DNA of 64,000 bases from Pontiella sp. Its GTDB lineage: Bacteria; Verrucomicrobiota; Kiritimatiellia; Kiritimatiellales; Pontiellaceae. Both the position numbers and the translations under genes were made by a program. This document shows positions 52,807 through 62,607 of the stretch, piece by piece. The notes under the pieces were generated by a model. It did not search any database, was not told the origin of the DNA, and saw only the letters and a program-made list of their open reading frames with translations. Positions within the stretch are counted from its first letter, which is position 1. Each line of letters begins with the position of its first letter. The DNA lies in NCBI GenBank assembly GCA_050290185.1, contig JBNKHE010000004.1:210589-274588 (forward strand), given 5' to 3'.

Positions 52807-55800
52807 TCAGCGCTTGAGCGGAAGGAACAGCACGTCCAGTTTCTTCTCTCCGTTTTCCGGATCCTTCTCATAGCGGAACAGACGCCACATGAACGAAAGC
52901 TTGTAGTATCCGTTCTTATAGGAATCGACGGTGATCGCAGGGAAGATGTCCGTGCTCATGTCGCCATTGAGTTTTTCGTAGTGGAACAGATGCCACAGCA
53001 CGCGCCGGCGGAAATAGTCGTGCCCCTCTTCTTTCGATTCCTGTTCGTGCCGGGTGTCGTACAGGATGCCCAGCAACGAAGAGGTTTCCAGCCGGCTTCC
53101 TGATATACGCCTGTCGTTGATGCGATGATGCCACAACGGGAAGAACGATTGTTGTTTTGTGTAGACATGCAATGTACGGGAACCCTCTTTCCGGCCCGCT
53201 TCGTAGTCCCAATATTCCGATGATTCTCCCAGGGAGAGCAGGTAGTGCAGTTTTTTGGTTTCCTGCACCGTCTGCGTGGTGCCGGCTTTTGCCCCCCGAG
53301 TCTTTCCCTTCCCGGTCCAGTGGTCATAGTCATAGATTCCCAAGAACCCGTGGTTCGAGCGGTTTTCGTTCTTTCTGTAATAGCCCAAAGGGAAATAATA
53401 GCCTTGGACCGCATCGGTCGAAAGGCTTCGCTTGTGCCAGTAAGCCGGGAAAACCCAACTCCCGGATTTACCGCTTCCGATTTCATAGCGGCCCACCAAA
53501 GGCGTGGCAAAATAGCTCCTCTGCCGGTTTTTGCCGTAGATGGCCGAATAGAAATATTTATCCTTCTCCCACAGATAGAACGGCAGGAGATGCGAACCTT
53601 CCGTGCCCGACAAGCCCTGCCGCCAATATCCCAGACCGCCCAGCAACAGATAATCCGTGGATTCGGGGGCCTGACTCCAGCCACTCAGCAAGAGCGGAAT
53701 GGCATGGTTTCTTCGATTACCCGATATCCATGTGGCATAGGGGAGCGACAGAAATGACCCTTCCTCCGGAACGGCGTAGTAGAACGGGAGCACGTAGCTG
53801 TAGGAGTATGCTCCGCCCTTCCGGTAGCCGGCCAACCCGAGCGCAAACGTCCCGCCCGAACTGTCGCTGCCGGTATGCCATCCGCTCAACAGCGGAAGAA
53901 CCAGATGGTTTTTCCGGTAGTCGTCGCCCCAGGTGGAATACGGGAGCGAATAGAAGCTTCCGTCCTGCGGGGCGGAATAATAGAACGGAAATACGTAGTG
54001 ATAGGGATGCTCCGTACCTGATCGATATCCGGCCAGTCCGGCGGCGATGATTCCGCGGGACATCCCTTCTTCTGAATACCAGCCGCTCAGCAACGGCGGG
54101 AGGAGACGGTATTGCCGGTCGTCGCCGTTGCGCCATGCGCTGTATGGGAGCGAAATGAAAGATCCCTGTTTCGGGGACGCGTAGTAGAGCGGCGCAACAT
54201 AGGAATAGTCATTGGGACCTCCCCGCTGGAAGCCGACCAGCCCCGCCGCCAATATGGCGCGGGTCTTTTCATCCCCGGTTTTCCAGCCGCTCAGCAACGG
54301 TGGAATCACGTGGTTCTGTTTTCCATCATCATCCCAGGTCGAATACGGCAATGAGACGAATGTACGATCCCGGGGAGCCCGGTAGTAGAACGGGAATACA
54401 TAGTGCGAGCTTCCGGTTTCACTCCATCGCTGGGCAGCCAATCCGCCGAGGTAGATGTTGCGCCCGGAATCTGCATTCTTTGCCCCGCCGCTCAACAACG
54501 GCAATGCCATCCAGTTTTCCTGGTCGCCCAGCCGCCAGCGGCCGCCAAGCAACGTCATGAAATGCGCGTCATAATCTTCGTTCACATAGACCAACGGGAT
54601 ATAGCAGCGCCAGGCCAGCGATCCATCGTCATGCAGCTTACGGGCATAAAACGGAGTGACCAGGATCGAGCCATCGGCGGATCGGGCGCTGTAATAAAAC
54701 GGGAAAGAAGCCTTCCACGCCGTTCCATCCGGATGTTTTTCCGCCATCCAAACCGGCGAATAGAACGAAGAAGAATTTGGCGTATAGTTCCGATAGTAGA
54801 GCGGAATGGTCGTGTCCCAGCCGGATCCATCAGCCTTTTTCCGGCTTAACCACGGTAGGGAATAGAACGACGAAGCCTCGGCCGAAAAGTCCCGGTAAAA
54901 GAGCGGAACCGAAGCCTGCCACCCGGAACCATCCGCACGCTTTTTTGAGAGCCACGGCAGCGAGTAGAAGGCCGATCCCTCGTCGGAATAGCTGCGGTAG
55001 TACAACGGAGCAAGTGCATGCCAGCCCGAACCATCGGCATACTTCTTCATCCACCAGGGCAATGTATACAGGGATGTTGATTGCGGGTTCGAGCTGTAGA
55101 AATAAAGCGGAAACGAGCTGTTCCAGCCGGTGCCATCGGCATACTTCTTGCGCATCCACGGCAGGGAATAAAACGAAGAATACTGGTCGGAATAGCCATG
55201 GTAATAGGCCGGCACAACAGCACTGAATCCGGAACCGTCAGCCCGCTTTTTCCACCACCACGGCAGGGTGTATAATGCCGTGGCTTCAGGATTGGAGCCG
55301 TAGTAGTAAACAGGCAGAAGATGGTGATGCCGGCTGTCCGGTGACGAGGCCAGCCCCCCCAATCCCAGGGCATACCAGCTACATGACCAGTCATCCCCCG
55401 TGCGTCCCCACGACAAAGCAGGGAACAGCGTCCAACTGGTGAGGCTCCCTTGCCAGGTTCGCTGCCACAGCGGCAAGGCCAGATCCCAGCTCCTGCCGCC
55501 CGGATTTTTCGCCAGGCTACGGCTGTAGGGCAACGATAGGAAAGTGGAACGTTGGCCGGTTTTTGCATAGGCGTAAGCCGGGATGACCCAGCTCCCCGAG
55601 CCGGCCCTATTCGTATAGGAGTGGATCAACGGCCATACAACATCGCGTTCAAGAGAACCCGGAGTCTGCTTCATCCCGTAAACCGGCCAGAGGTGCCAGG
55701 CATTCCAGGTGTCGTAGCGATGCCGTGCATAGAACGGCCATGCCAGATGCAGCGAGTTGCCGCGTTCCTTGTTCTGCCAGATCCACAGCGGAAACAAGGC

Positions 55801-56208
55801 ATCGTGGCCGGTACCCGCCAGCGGGCGACCTTCATGCCAGTACAGGGGCAGCACATTGAAATAATCATCACCCCAATAAACCGGAAAGAAACGATAATCC
55901 TTTTCAGCGGGAGCGAAGCGCCCGAGCGGCCACAAGACGTTGTAGACCGGATGGTCCGTGTCCAGGTCGTACGCCGAATACACCGGCCGAACCGCCTGAT
56001 GTTCCGGGCTGAATTCCATCAAAGGCCATAGAACAGCCAGTGCGGGATCGCGGTAGTAGACGATGGGCCAAAGATTAAACCGATCCGCAGCCGGACCTTC
56101 ACGCTTCTCATATTCCCCGGAATAAAACGGCGTCCCTTTCATAGACGTCGTACTGCATCCGGCCGACAACAACACTCCAACTGCCAGCGGCAGAATCCAT
56201 TTCTTCAT
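52807..56208 (-). CDS. 1133-aa repeat lipoprotein of unknown function
   Basis: Start at MKKWILPLAVGVLLSAGCS (lipobox). Contains at least 6 repeats of ~38 aa (FYSLPW..KK.ADGSGW...PLYY) and at least 4 repeats of ~65 aa (Y.FPFYY..P..GSF.SLPYS.W......N....PLLSGW). Confidence 0.7.
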   Translation of the reverse strand: MKKWILPLAVGVLLSAGCSTTSMKGTPFYSGEYEKREGPAADRFNLWPIVYYRDPALAVLWPLMEFSPEHQAVRPVYSAYDLDTDHPVYNVLWPLGRFAPAEKDYRFFPVYWGDDYFNVLPLYWHEGRPLAGTGHDALFPLWIWQNKERGNSLHLAWPFYARHRYDTWNAWHLWPVYGMKQTPGSLERDVVWPLIHSYTNRAGSGSWVIPAYAYAKTGQRSTFLSLPYSRSLAKNPGGRSWDLALPLWQRTWQGSLTSWTLFPALSWGRTGDDWSCSWYALGLGGLASSPDSRHHHLLPVYYYGSNPEATALYTLPWWWKKRADGSGFSAVVPAYYHGYSDQYSSFYSLPWMRKKYADGTGWNSSFPLYFYSSNPQSTSLYTLPWWMKKYADGSGWHALAPLYYRSYSDEGSAFYSLPWLSKKRADGSGWQASVPLFYRDFSAEASSFYSLPWLSRKKADGSGWDTTIPLYYRNYTPNSSSFYSPVWMAEKHPDGTAWKASFPFYYSARSADGSILVTPFYARKLHDDGSLAWRCYIPLVYVNEDYDAHFMTLLGGRWRLGDQENWMALPLLSGGAKNADSGRNIYLGGLAAQRWSETGSSHYVFPFYYRAPRDRTFVSLPYSTWDDDGKQNHVIPPLLSGWKTGDEKTRAILAAGLVGFQRGGPNDYSYVAPLYYASPKQGSFISLPYSAWRNGDDRQYRLLPPLLSGWYSEEGMSRGIIAAGLAGYRSGTEHPYHYVFPFYYSAPQDGSFYSLPYSTWGDDYRKNHLVLPLLSGWHTGSDSSGGTFALGLAGYRKGGAYSYSYVLPFYYAVPEEGSFLSLPYATWISGNRRNHAIPLLLSGWSQAPESTDYLLLGGLGYWRQGLSGTEGSHLLPFYLWEKDKYFYSAIYGKNRQRSYFATPLVGRYEIGSGKSGSWVFPAYWHKRSLSTDAVQGYYFPLGYYRKNENRSNHGFLGIYDYDHWTGKGKTRGAKAGTTQTVQETKKLHYLLSLGESSEYWDYEAGRKEGSRTLHVYTKQQSFFPLWHHRINDRRISGSRLETSSLLGILYDTRHEQESKEEGHDYFRRRVLWHLFHYEKLNGDMSTDIFPAITVDSYKNGYYKLSFMWRLFRYEKDPENGEKKLDVLFLPLKR

Positions 56209-56327
56209 TACACACCCTCCAATCAACGGTTGATGCCTCCCGCTCCGCCAACTCATCGCAAACTATCACGCTCTTATAGGGATTTTAACAGCCAAAAACG
56301 TCGCGAGCTGAATGCGTTTGACCTGCC

Positions 56328-57140
56328 ATGACTAAATCCGCACAATCCCGCGCCGATATGAAACAAGAAAAAGCAACCGTACTCGAACACCATAACTTCC
56401 AGGGCGACTACCGCATCCTCCGCCTCGGCGCACCCGCCGTGGGACCGCTGGTCAAGCCCGGACAGTTTCTTCATCTTCAGGTTCCACAGCTGGGCGACCG
56501 CATTCTGCGCCGCCCCTTCAGCATCTACAAAGCCGGCGCCGAAGGCGTGAGCATTCTCTACAAGCCGGTGGGACGCGGCACAGAGTCCATGATCTCGCTG
56601 CAAGTCGGCCAGAAGCTCGACATCATCGGCCCGCTGGGCAACGGCTATCCGAAAATGGCCCCCGGCAAGCTACCGGTTCTGGTGGCAGGCGGCTACGGCA
56701 ACGCCGCACTTTACCTGAAGGCCAAAGAACTCCCTGTCAAAGGCGTCGCCTTTTTTGGAGGACGTGCAGCGCAGGACATCCTTTGTGTCGATGAATTCAA
56801 GGAACTCGGGTGGGACGTCCGCCCCACGACCGACGATGGCTCGCTTGGGATCAAGGGTCTTGTGACCGATGCCTTCGATCCCTGGATGAAGGAGCAGGAA
56901 AACGCTACCGATCTAGAACTGTTCGTCTGCGGCCCCAATCCCATGCTCAAAGCCATGGGCGACCGGGCAATTGAAAACGACTTCACCGCGTGGCTTTCGC
57001 TCGACAAAAACATGGCCTGCGGAGTCGGCGCCTGCCTGACCTGCGTCATCAAGCGCAAAACCGACGATGGATGGGAATGGGCGCGTTGCTGCAAGGACGG
57101 CCCGATCTTCGAGTCCAGAGAGATTATATGGGAAGAATAG
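56328..57140 (+). CDS. pyrK: dihydroorotate dehydrogenase (class 1B) electron-transfer subunit
   Basis: 270 aa. FAD/NAD-binding fold and C-terminal [2Fe-2S] motif MACGVGACLTCV...CCKDGP. Upstream of pyrD. Confidence 0.88.
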   Translation: MTKSAQSRADMKQEKATVLEHHNFQGDYRILRLGAPAVGPLVKPGQFLHLQVPQLGDRILRRPFSIYKAGAEGVSILYKPVGRGTESMISLQVGQKLDIIGPLGNGYPKMAPGKLPVLVAGGYGNAALYLKAKELPVKGVAFFGGRAAQDILCVDEFKELGWDVRPTTDDGSLGIKGLVTDAFDPWMKEQENATDLELFVCGPNPMLKAMGDRAIENDFTAWLSLDKNMACGVGACLTCVIKRKTDDGWEWARCCKDGPIFESREIIWEE

Positions 57141-57222
57141 AAACCACGGAATACACAGAAAACACGGGGAACTCTCAAACCTACTTCCGTGTATGCAGTG
57201 GTTGGTAAAAACGGATTCTTAA

Positions 57223-58137
57223 ATGAGTGTAGATTTGAAAATAAAAATCGGTGCGATGGAGATGAAGAATCCGGTGACGGTGGCTTCGGGAACATTTGGC
57301 TACGGACCGGAATATGCCGAACTGGTCGATCTGAACCGGTTGGGCGCCATCACCGTCAAGGGCATCTGCCCCGAAGAGCATATCGGAAACCAGACCCCGC
57401 GAACCTGCGAAACGCGCGGCGGCATGCTCAATGCCATCGGCCTGCCGGGTCCGGGGGCCAAGGGTTTCATCGAAAAATATGTTCCCTTCCTGAAACAATA
57501 CGACACGCCGGTTATCGTCAATATCTGGGGCAAGGCCATGGGGGATTATGGCCGGGTTGTTGAATTGCTCGATGATGAAGATACTGTATCCGCCTATGAG
57601 ATCAACCTCTCCTGCCCCAACGTAAAGGAAGGCGGCTCCGCCTTCGGAACGGATGTCGACATGTTCTCGCGGGTGATCGAACTGGTCCGTGGCAAAACGC
57701 AAAAACCGATCATCCCCAAGCTGGCACCGAACGTTTCCAATATCGGTGAGTTTGCGAAAGCGGCGGAGAACTGCGGAGCCGACGCGATCTCGATTATGAA
57801 TTCGTATCCTGCCATGGCCATCAACATCGAAACCCTCGAGCCCGAGCTGGCCAACCGGACAGGCGGACTCAGTGGTCCGGCCATCAAACCGATTGCCATC
57901 AAGCTGGTATGGGATGCCGCCAAAGCCACGAAACTGCCGATCATCGGCATGGGTGGAATCTTCGAACCGGAGGATGCCATTGAATTTATGGTGGCCGGTG
58001 CAACCGCCGTCGCCGTGGGAACCGCGAACTTCATTGATCCCTCGACTGTCGACCGGGTTATCGACGGGATCGAGGCCTATCTCGTACACAAGGGCCATGC
58101 TTCGGTTCAAGACATCGTCGGAACTGTTCGGGCATGA
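57223..58137 (+). CDS. pyrD: dihydroorotate dehydrogenase (class 1B) catalytic subunit
   Basis: 304 aa. Motifs ASGTFGYG, NLSCPNV, PKLAPNV, GMGGI. Confidence 0.92.
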   Translation: MSVDLKIKIGAMEMKNPVTVASGTFGYGPEYAELVDLNRLGAITVKGICPEEHIGNQTPRTCETRGGMLNAIGLPGPGAKGFIEKYVPFLKQYDTPVIVNIWGKAMGDYGRVVELLDDEDTVSAYEINLSCPNVKEGGSAFGTDVDMFSRVIELVRGKTQKPIIPKLAPNVSNIGEFAKAAENCGADAISIMNSYPAMAINIETLEPELANRTGGLSGPAIKPIAIKLVWDAAKATKLPIIGMGGIFEPEDAIEFMVAGATAVAVGTANFIDPSTVDRVIDGIEAYLVHKGHASVQDIVGTVRA

Positions 58138-58715
58138 CGAAACTGCGTTTTAGCGGAACACTTGCATTGGGAGCGCTCTTTACCGCTCTCATACTGTATT
58201 ATTCATTTTACCAGCCCTTCATCCCCGGTGCTGTTCAACAAGCCATTCCGTCGGAATCATCGTTTGTATACCACGCAGAGTCACTGGAAGACCTGCTGCA
58301 GAGCCCGGTCTGCGCACAGCTTGATAAAACCCTGGGTGCTGGCAACTCGCTTCGCGGGCTGCTGGAGTCGAATGAATGGACCGGACTGGCCGCGGCCTCG
58401 GAGATAGCCGTAGCCGACATCCCGTTCCAGCAAGTCGGCCAGTGCAAAAGCTGGGCGGTGGCGAGCTGGGTCGGGTGGCGCAGCCCCTGGCTACGCTGGA
58501 AGCTTGAAAATGCGTCCGACAAAAACCTCATTTTTCTTGGAAAGCATTCCGTCTGGCCAGTGTGGCGCTATGATGCACCCGACATCGCCAGAGGTATGAG
58601 CCTTACCTTCGCCTTGACGGACAATCTCTTCCTGGCTTGCCTTTCCGAGAGACCTGCGGATATTGTGTTTCTGCTGGATGCCTACGACAAAGACGTTCCG
58701 ACAGCCACCCCCTAA
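58134..58715 (+). CDS. hypothetical membrane-anchored protein (193 aa)
   Basis: ATGA overlap with the pyrD stop. One N-terminal TM helix and no recognisable domain. Confidence 0.5.
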   Translation: MTKLRFSGTLALGALFTALILYYSFYQPFIPGAVQQAIPSESSFVYHAESLEDLLQSPVCAQLDKTLGAGNSLRGLLESNEWTGLAAASEIAVADIPFQQVGQCKSWAVASWVGWRSPWLRWKLENASDKNLIFLGKHSVWPVWRYDAPDIARGMSLTFALTDNLFLACLSERPADIVFLLDAYDKDVPTATP

Positions 58716-58730
58716 AAAAGGACATCAACG

Positions 58731-59699
58731 ATGACCCGAAAGATTATTGCCCTACTGGCCGCCTGCACCTTGATATCAGGTTGCAACAGCATAAAAAGCG
58801 ATGGTAAATCCGAAGTTCTGCTCAACGAGGACCAGATTCAAGCGGCCCTCGCGAACGCCAAGCCTCCGCAGCAGTTCGGGTTTTCGGTCTATCCCACCGT
58901 AAACAACGGAATCGCCATGCGCGGCAGTGCCCGGTTGCATCCCAGACATGTGGCCAGCGCTAAATTTATCTCCAGCGATCTTCCGGTCATCCACATGAAC
59001 GGATCCGCAGCCCGGATGACGATGAATGCACTCCTTGACCCAAGCTCAACGGAATCATGGTTTGACTTTGAAAAAGCACAGGAATTCAAGGCCAGTTTTC
59101 TGGGACTGGACGGACGAACCATTGCTTATCAGGGGAATAGCTATGTCGGCAACATCGCGGCCTATGCAGCTGTCATTCCTCAGATGCGTATCAACCAGCT
59201 CTTTATTGAAAATTCGCCTGTGTTTGTGCGTATGGCCCTGAACTCACTGGGCCCACTGAACCGCGGCATTCAGGATTGCAAGATCCACAGCCTGATCGGA
59301 TATGATATTCTCAGCACCTTTGAATATGTCCAGTTTGACCTGGATCGGGGACGCGTAAACTTTTCAGCAACCATCGCCTACACGCCAAACGAAAACCGGC
59401 TGATCGGTGAAGCTGCAATCGTCCGGGCCAGGGGAATCGGGCTGGCCGTTGCCGGTGCCGTTGGCGGAAACAAAACCCCCATTATACTCGATGTGGCCGG
59501 CAACTATGATTTTGTCGTCAACAACGCAACCGCGTCGATCACCCCGATGATCGAGCTTGGCGAAGTGGTCTATGTGAACACCCCTACGATCCAAAGCGCC
59601 ACATACGATGGACTGCCGCGCGCGGGAATCGGTATGCTCAGGAAATATGTGGTTACCGTCTGCCCCCGAAAAGGCGTGGTTTATTTCGAGCGTCCATAG
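58731..59699 (+). CDS. hypothetical lipoprotein (322 aa)
   Basis: Lipobox LAACTLISGCNS. RBS AAAAAGGACATCAACG-ATG. No domain recognised. Confidence 0.55.
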   Translation: MTRKIIALLAACTLISGCNSIKSDGKSEVLLNEDQIQAALANAKPPQQFGFSVYPTVNNGIAMRGSARLHPRHVASAKFISSDLPVIHMNGSAARMTMNALLDPSSTESWFDFEKAQEFKASFLGLDGRTIAYQGNSYVGNIAAYAAVIPQMRINQLFIENSPVFVRMALNSLGPLNRGIQDCKIHSLIGYDILSTFEYVQFDLDRGRVNFSATIAYTPNENRLIGEAAIVRARGIGLAVAGAVGGNKTPIILDVAGNYDFVVNNATASITPMIELGEVVYVNTPTIQSATYDGLPRAGIGMLRKYVVTVCPRKGVVYFERP

Positions 59700-59995
59700 G
59701 TGCTGGATCTTGAACGCACCAGATGCCGAAGCGCCAGAATGGGATGGTGCCGCATCATGCGCGGACCGGAAAAGCGCATGATTTCCTGAACCTGTTTGCG
59801 CATATCCGGTTTATAGCAATGCACCGAGCACTGGTTGCAAACCGGCTTTTTGATCCCGAATGGGCATTTTTCGATGCGCTGTTGCGCATACGTCAAAAGC
59901 CCGGAACAATTTTCGCAAAGATCCTTTGCCGCACCGTGGTGGGCGCGGCAATAGATGCGGATCATGGCTTGGATCGTCCGGGCTTCGAGATTCAT
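59681..59995 (-). CDS. nitrous-oxide-stimulated-promoter (YgbA-like) family Cys-rich protein
   Basis: Start at the internal Met (MNLEARTIQAMIRIYC). Pattern YCRAHHG...CENC...C...PVCNQCSVHCYKP...MRFSGPRM. Confidence 0.7.
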   Translation of the reverse strand: MNLEARTIQAMIRIYCRAHHGAAKDLCENCSGLLTYAQQRIEKCPFGIKKPVCNQCSVHCYKPDMRKQVQEIMRFSGPRMMRHHPILALRHLVRSRSSTYGRSK

Positions 59996-60189
59996 GCCAG
60001 ATGGTTTATTCGAAAACCCAGCCCCTGCCAAGGTTGAACCGCTGGTTCGTCGCCGGTCATTTGCTTCCAAGCCATGCGGATGTTCCGTGAATACGAGGCT
60101 TTGATTTGCAAAGCCAATACTTTTTCCATCTCAAAAAAAGCGGTTTTTAAAGGGATTTTCGGGCGCTGGAAATAAAAACAAAAATAAAT

Positions 60190-60344
60190 GCGGTTTTCGG
60201 GTAACGATCTGAATTCCCACCTCGTATTCATAGTTGAACCCAACAACACCCTATTTGAAGCAAACGCAGCTCAAGTGAACCCAAACCCATTGCGTGCTTC
60301 CGATACTTACTCCGAACCCCGCCTAACCAGCGGGGTTTTATTTT
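60190..60344 (+). ncRNA. candidate small RNA / conserved noncoding element, copy 1 (promoter-like motif + intrinsic terminator)
   Basis: ~155 nt, largely alignable with 63251..63399. Conserved blocks GGTTTCGGGTAACGATC, TGAACCCAACAA, GCAAACGCA, CTCAAGTGAACCCAAACC, TTACTCCG. Ends in CCCCGC-CTAACCA-GCGGGG + TTTTATTTT (60317..60344). Confidence 0.45.
60201..60226 (+). promoter_or_regulatory. ECF-type promoter-like motif GTAAC-N17-CGTA in copy 1
   Basis: GGGTAACGATCTGAATTCCCACCTCGTATT. The same spacing and motif (GTAAC-N17-CGAA) is conserved in copy 2 at 63262..63287. Confidence 0.3.
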
Positions 60345-60386
60345 GCCCGCAACACACGACAGTGCTACGCTTTCCTTTAACTTTTC

Positions 60387-62606
60387 ATGGATGAAAATGG
60401 TATGGACGAGTCCGAAAACAAGGATCAGCAGCCGGAACAAAAAAACAGGCAACCCAACCGGGAGATCGGAAATCCCAACCTCTTTGCCGGCGACATCGTT
60501 TTTTCGGATACTGAAAAAATCCTTTTCGAAGAGGATTTGCAGGATCAGTCTAAATCCCACGACGATCTGATGGATGGGAATCCGGCCGACCGCTACTCGC
60601 CCAACAGAAAACTCAACCAAGGCGGAATGAAGGCCATCTGGGAAGTCGATGACCACCGTACGGCCCGCAAGGTGGCTATGGCGCTGATTCAGGACTCCAA
60701 GATAGCCGCGAAGGAGGACATAGATTCATTCCTTTACGAAGCCCGGTTAACGGCAAACCTGCAGCATCCAAACATTATTCCAATCTACGACATCGCCGTC
60801 GATGAAGACGGGAATCCCTATTTCACCATGAAGGCGCTCAAGGGCGAAACCCTCGGCGAGATCATCAGGAAACTGCACGAAGGCAATAGTGCCTACCGTA
60901 AACGCTACACCCGAACCCGCCTGATCGGCATCTTCCTGAAGGTCTGCAACGCCATTGACTATGCCCATACCAAAGGCGTCATCCATCTTGACCTAAAGCC
61001 ATCCAATGTCATTGTCGGCGATTTCGGCGACGTACATGTACTCGATTGGGGCCTATCCACCTTGATCACCCATCTCAATGAATATGATGGAGAACCCGTT
61101 TCGTGGCATAGTATGGACGATGTGGCCTTGGAAAATGGTCAGACGCTCACCCGATATCTCGAAAGCACCGCCAAACGCCGCCATGTCGTGGGCGGCACCC
61201 CGGGCTACATGTCGCCGGAACAGGCCCAGGGATCGCCGGCGGATATCGACTTTCAAACCGATGTCTACATGCTCGGCTCAATGCTCTACGAAATCCTGAC
61301 CTACCAGTGCCCTATCCTTGGCGACACGGTCAAAGAAGTCCTTCAAAAAACTGTGCGAGGCGATTTCCCAACACCAACCAAACGCGCTCCTGAACTCCGC
61401 ATTCCGCAGGCGCTTGCCGCCATCGCCATGAAAGCCATGCGGACCGCGCCGGATGAACGCTACGCCAATGTCGCCGCACTGATCCGCGACATCCATCAAT
61501 ATCAGGACGGCTTCGCCACCATCGCCGAAAACCCAACCTTCTTTACCCACTTTGCCCTACTGGTGCGCCGGCACAAGATGGCGGTCAGCCTGATTGCAGC
61601 CTCGGCTGCGCTTATCACAGTTATTCTGGTGCAGAGCTTCAACGAGATCAAAGCGAGCGAACAGGTAGCGGTCAGCGCCCTGGCCGCGTTGCAGGAAAAA
61701 AACGACTATATCGCCGAAACGGCCAAGCAGGTGGCCCCGGATTACCTCACCCTCGCACAACGCGAGGAAAGGACCTTTGCTTTCGACGCCGCGGAACAGG
61801 ATCTAGACCGGAGCCTGGCCTTCGATCCAAACAATCCGGCGGCATGGAAGCTGAAGCTCCGGATGCTGCTGGCGCAGCAACGTTTTACCGAAGCCCGGGA
61901 AATCCTTGAGGGGGAAACCGGACCGGATGATGACGACGCCCTGCGCAAGCTGGCGCGAAGCAGCGGCTATGCCGAGCCGGTGACGGATGCAGACCTCCCC
62001 CGGCTGGCCATCGATTTCCGTTCGCATGGTATGTCCAGCGGACTCCCGCGCCTGTTCCATCACCTCAACCAGCAACCATTTGATCCGGAAACCCGCTTTC
62101 CGGCCCTGGCCGAATCCCTCAAACAACTCAACCCCAATGTTCAGGAGCTCCATTTTAGCTGGCAGGCAGGCGAACCGAATGGCTGGAACATTGACATTGG
62201 AAACAACCCGGGGCTAGACGATATTACACCGCTGTGCGGATTAAACATCGTAAACCTCAAGGCCCATAACATCGGCACACCCAACCTTGCCCTGCTTACC
62301 GAAAACGGCATGCGCTCCCTCGACCTGTCAAAGACGCAGTTGAACCATCTGTTCGACCTGGACCAGCTTGCCGGCCTACGGGAACTCAATATCAACGGAA
62401 CCCGAATCCGCAACATCTCCAATATCGTAAAGTATCCCCAACTCACCTCGCTCGACATCAGCCATATTGATGGCCTTTCGATTTCGCCACAGCTTGTTTG
62501 GTGCCGAAATCTCAAGTGGCTCACCGTTGCAGAAAGATTCCGCAATGATCCAACCATCCAGTCCCTGGCAAACCGCGGCGTCATTATCATCTACACCGAC
62601 AACTGA
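60387..62606 (+). CDS. membrane Ser/Thr protein kinase with extracytoplasmic TPR-like and leucine-rich-repeat region
   Basis: 739 aa. Hanks motifs HLDLKPSNV, DWGLS, GTPGYMSPEQ. TM helix VSLIAASAALITVILV. C-terminal LRRs (LDLSKTQLNHLFDLDQLAGLRELNINGTRIRNISNI). Confidence 0.88.
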   Translation: MDENGMDESENKDQQPEQKNRQPNREIGNPNLFAGDIVFSDTEKILFEEDLQDQSKSHDDLMDGNPADRYSPNRKLNQGGMKAIWEVDDHRTARKVAMALIQDSKIAAKEDIDSFLYEARLTANLQHPNIIPIYDIAVDEDGNPYFTMKALKGETLGEIIRKLHEGNSAYRKRYTRTRLIGIFLKVCNAIDYAHTKGVIHLDLKPSNVIVGDFGDVHVLDWGLSTLITHLNEYDGEPVSWHSMDDVALENGQTLTRYLESTAKRRHVVGGTPGYMSPEQAQGSPADIDFQTDVYMLGSMLYEILTYQCPILGDTVKEVLQKTVRGDFPTPTKRAPELRIPQALAAIAMKAMRTAPDERYANVAALIRDIHQYQDGFATIAENPTFFTHFALLVRRHKMAVSLIAASAALITVILVQSFNEIKASEQVAVSALAALQEKNDYIAETAKQVAPDYLTLAQREERTFAFDAAEQDLDRSLAFDPNNPAAWKLKLRMLLAQQRFTEAREILEGETGPDDDDALRKLARSSGYAEPVTDADLPRLAIDFRSHGMSSGLPRLFHHLNQQPFDPETRFPALAESLKQLNPNVQELHFSWQAGEPNGWNIDIGNNPGLDDITPLCGLNIVNLKAHNIGTPNLALLTENGMRSLDLSKTQLNHLFDLDQLAGLRELNINGTRIRNISNIVKYPQLTSLDISHIDGLSISPQLVWCRNLKWLTVAERFRNDPTIQSLANRGVIIIYTDN

Positions 62607-62607
62607 C

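Noticed and set aside
58731-59699. Possible retropepsin-like (clan AA) pseudo-dimeric aspartyl protease in the 322-aa lipoprotein (LLDPSSTESW and ILDVAGNYDF segments).
   Set aside because: Neither segment has the D-[TS]-G catalytic signature. The resemblance is limited to hydrophobic context, which is too weak to call without a profile search.
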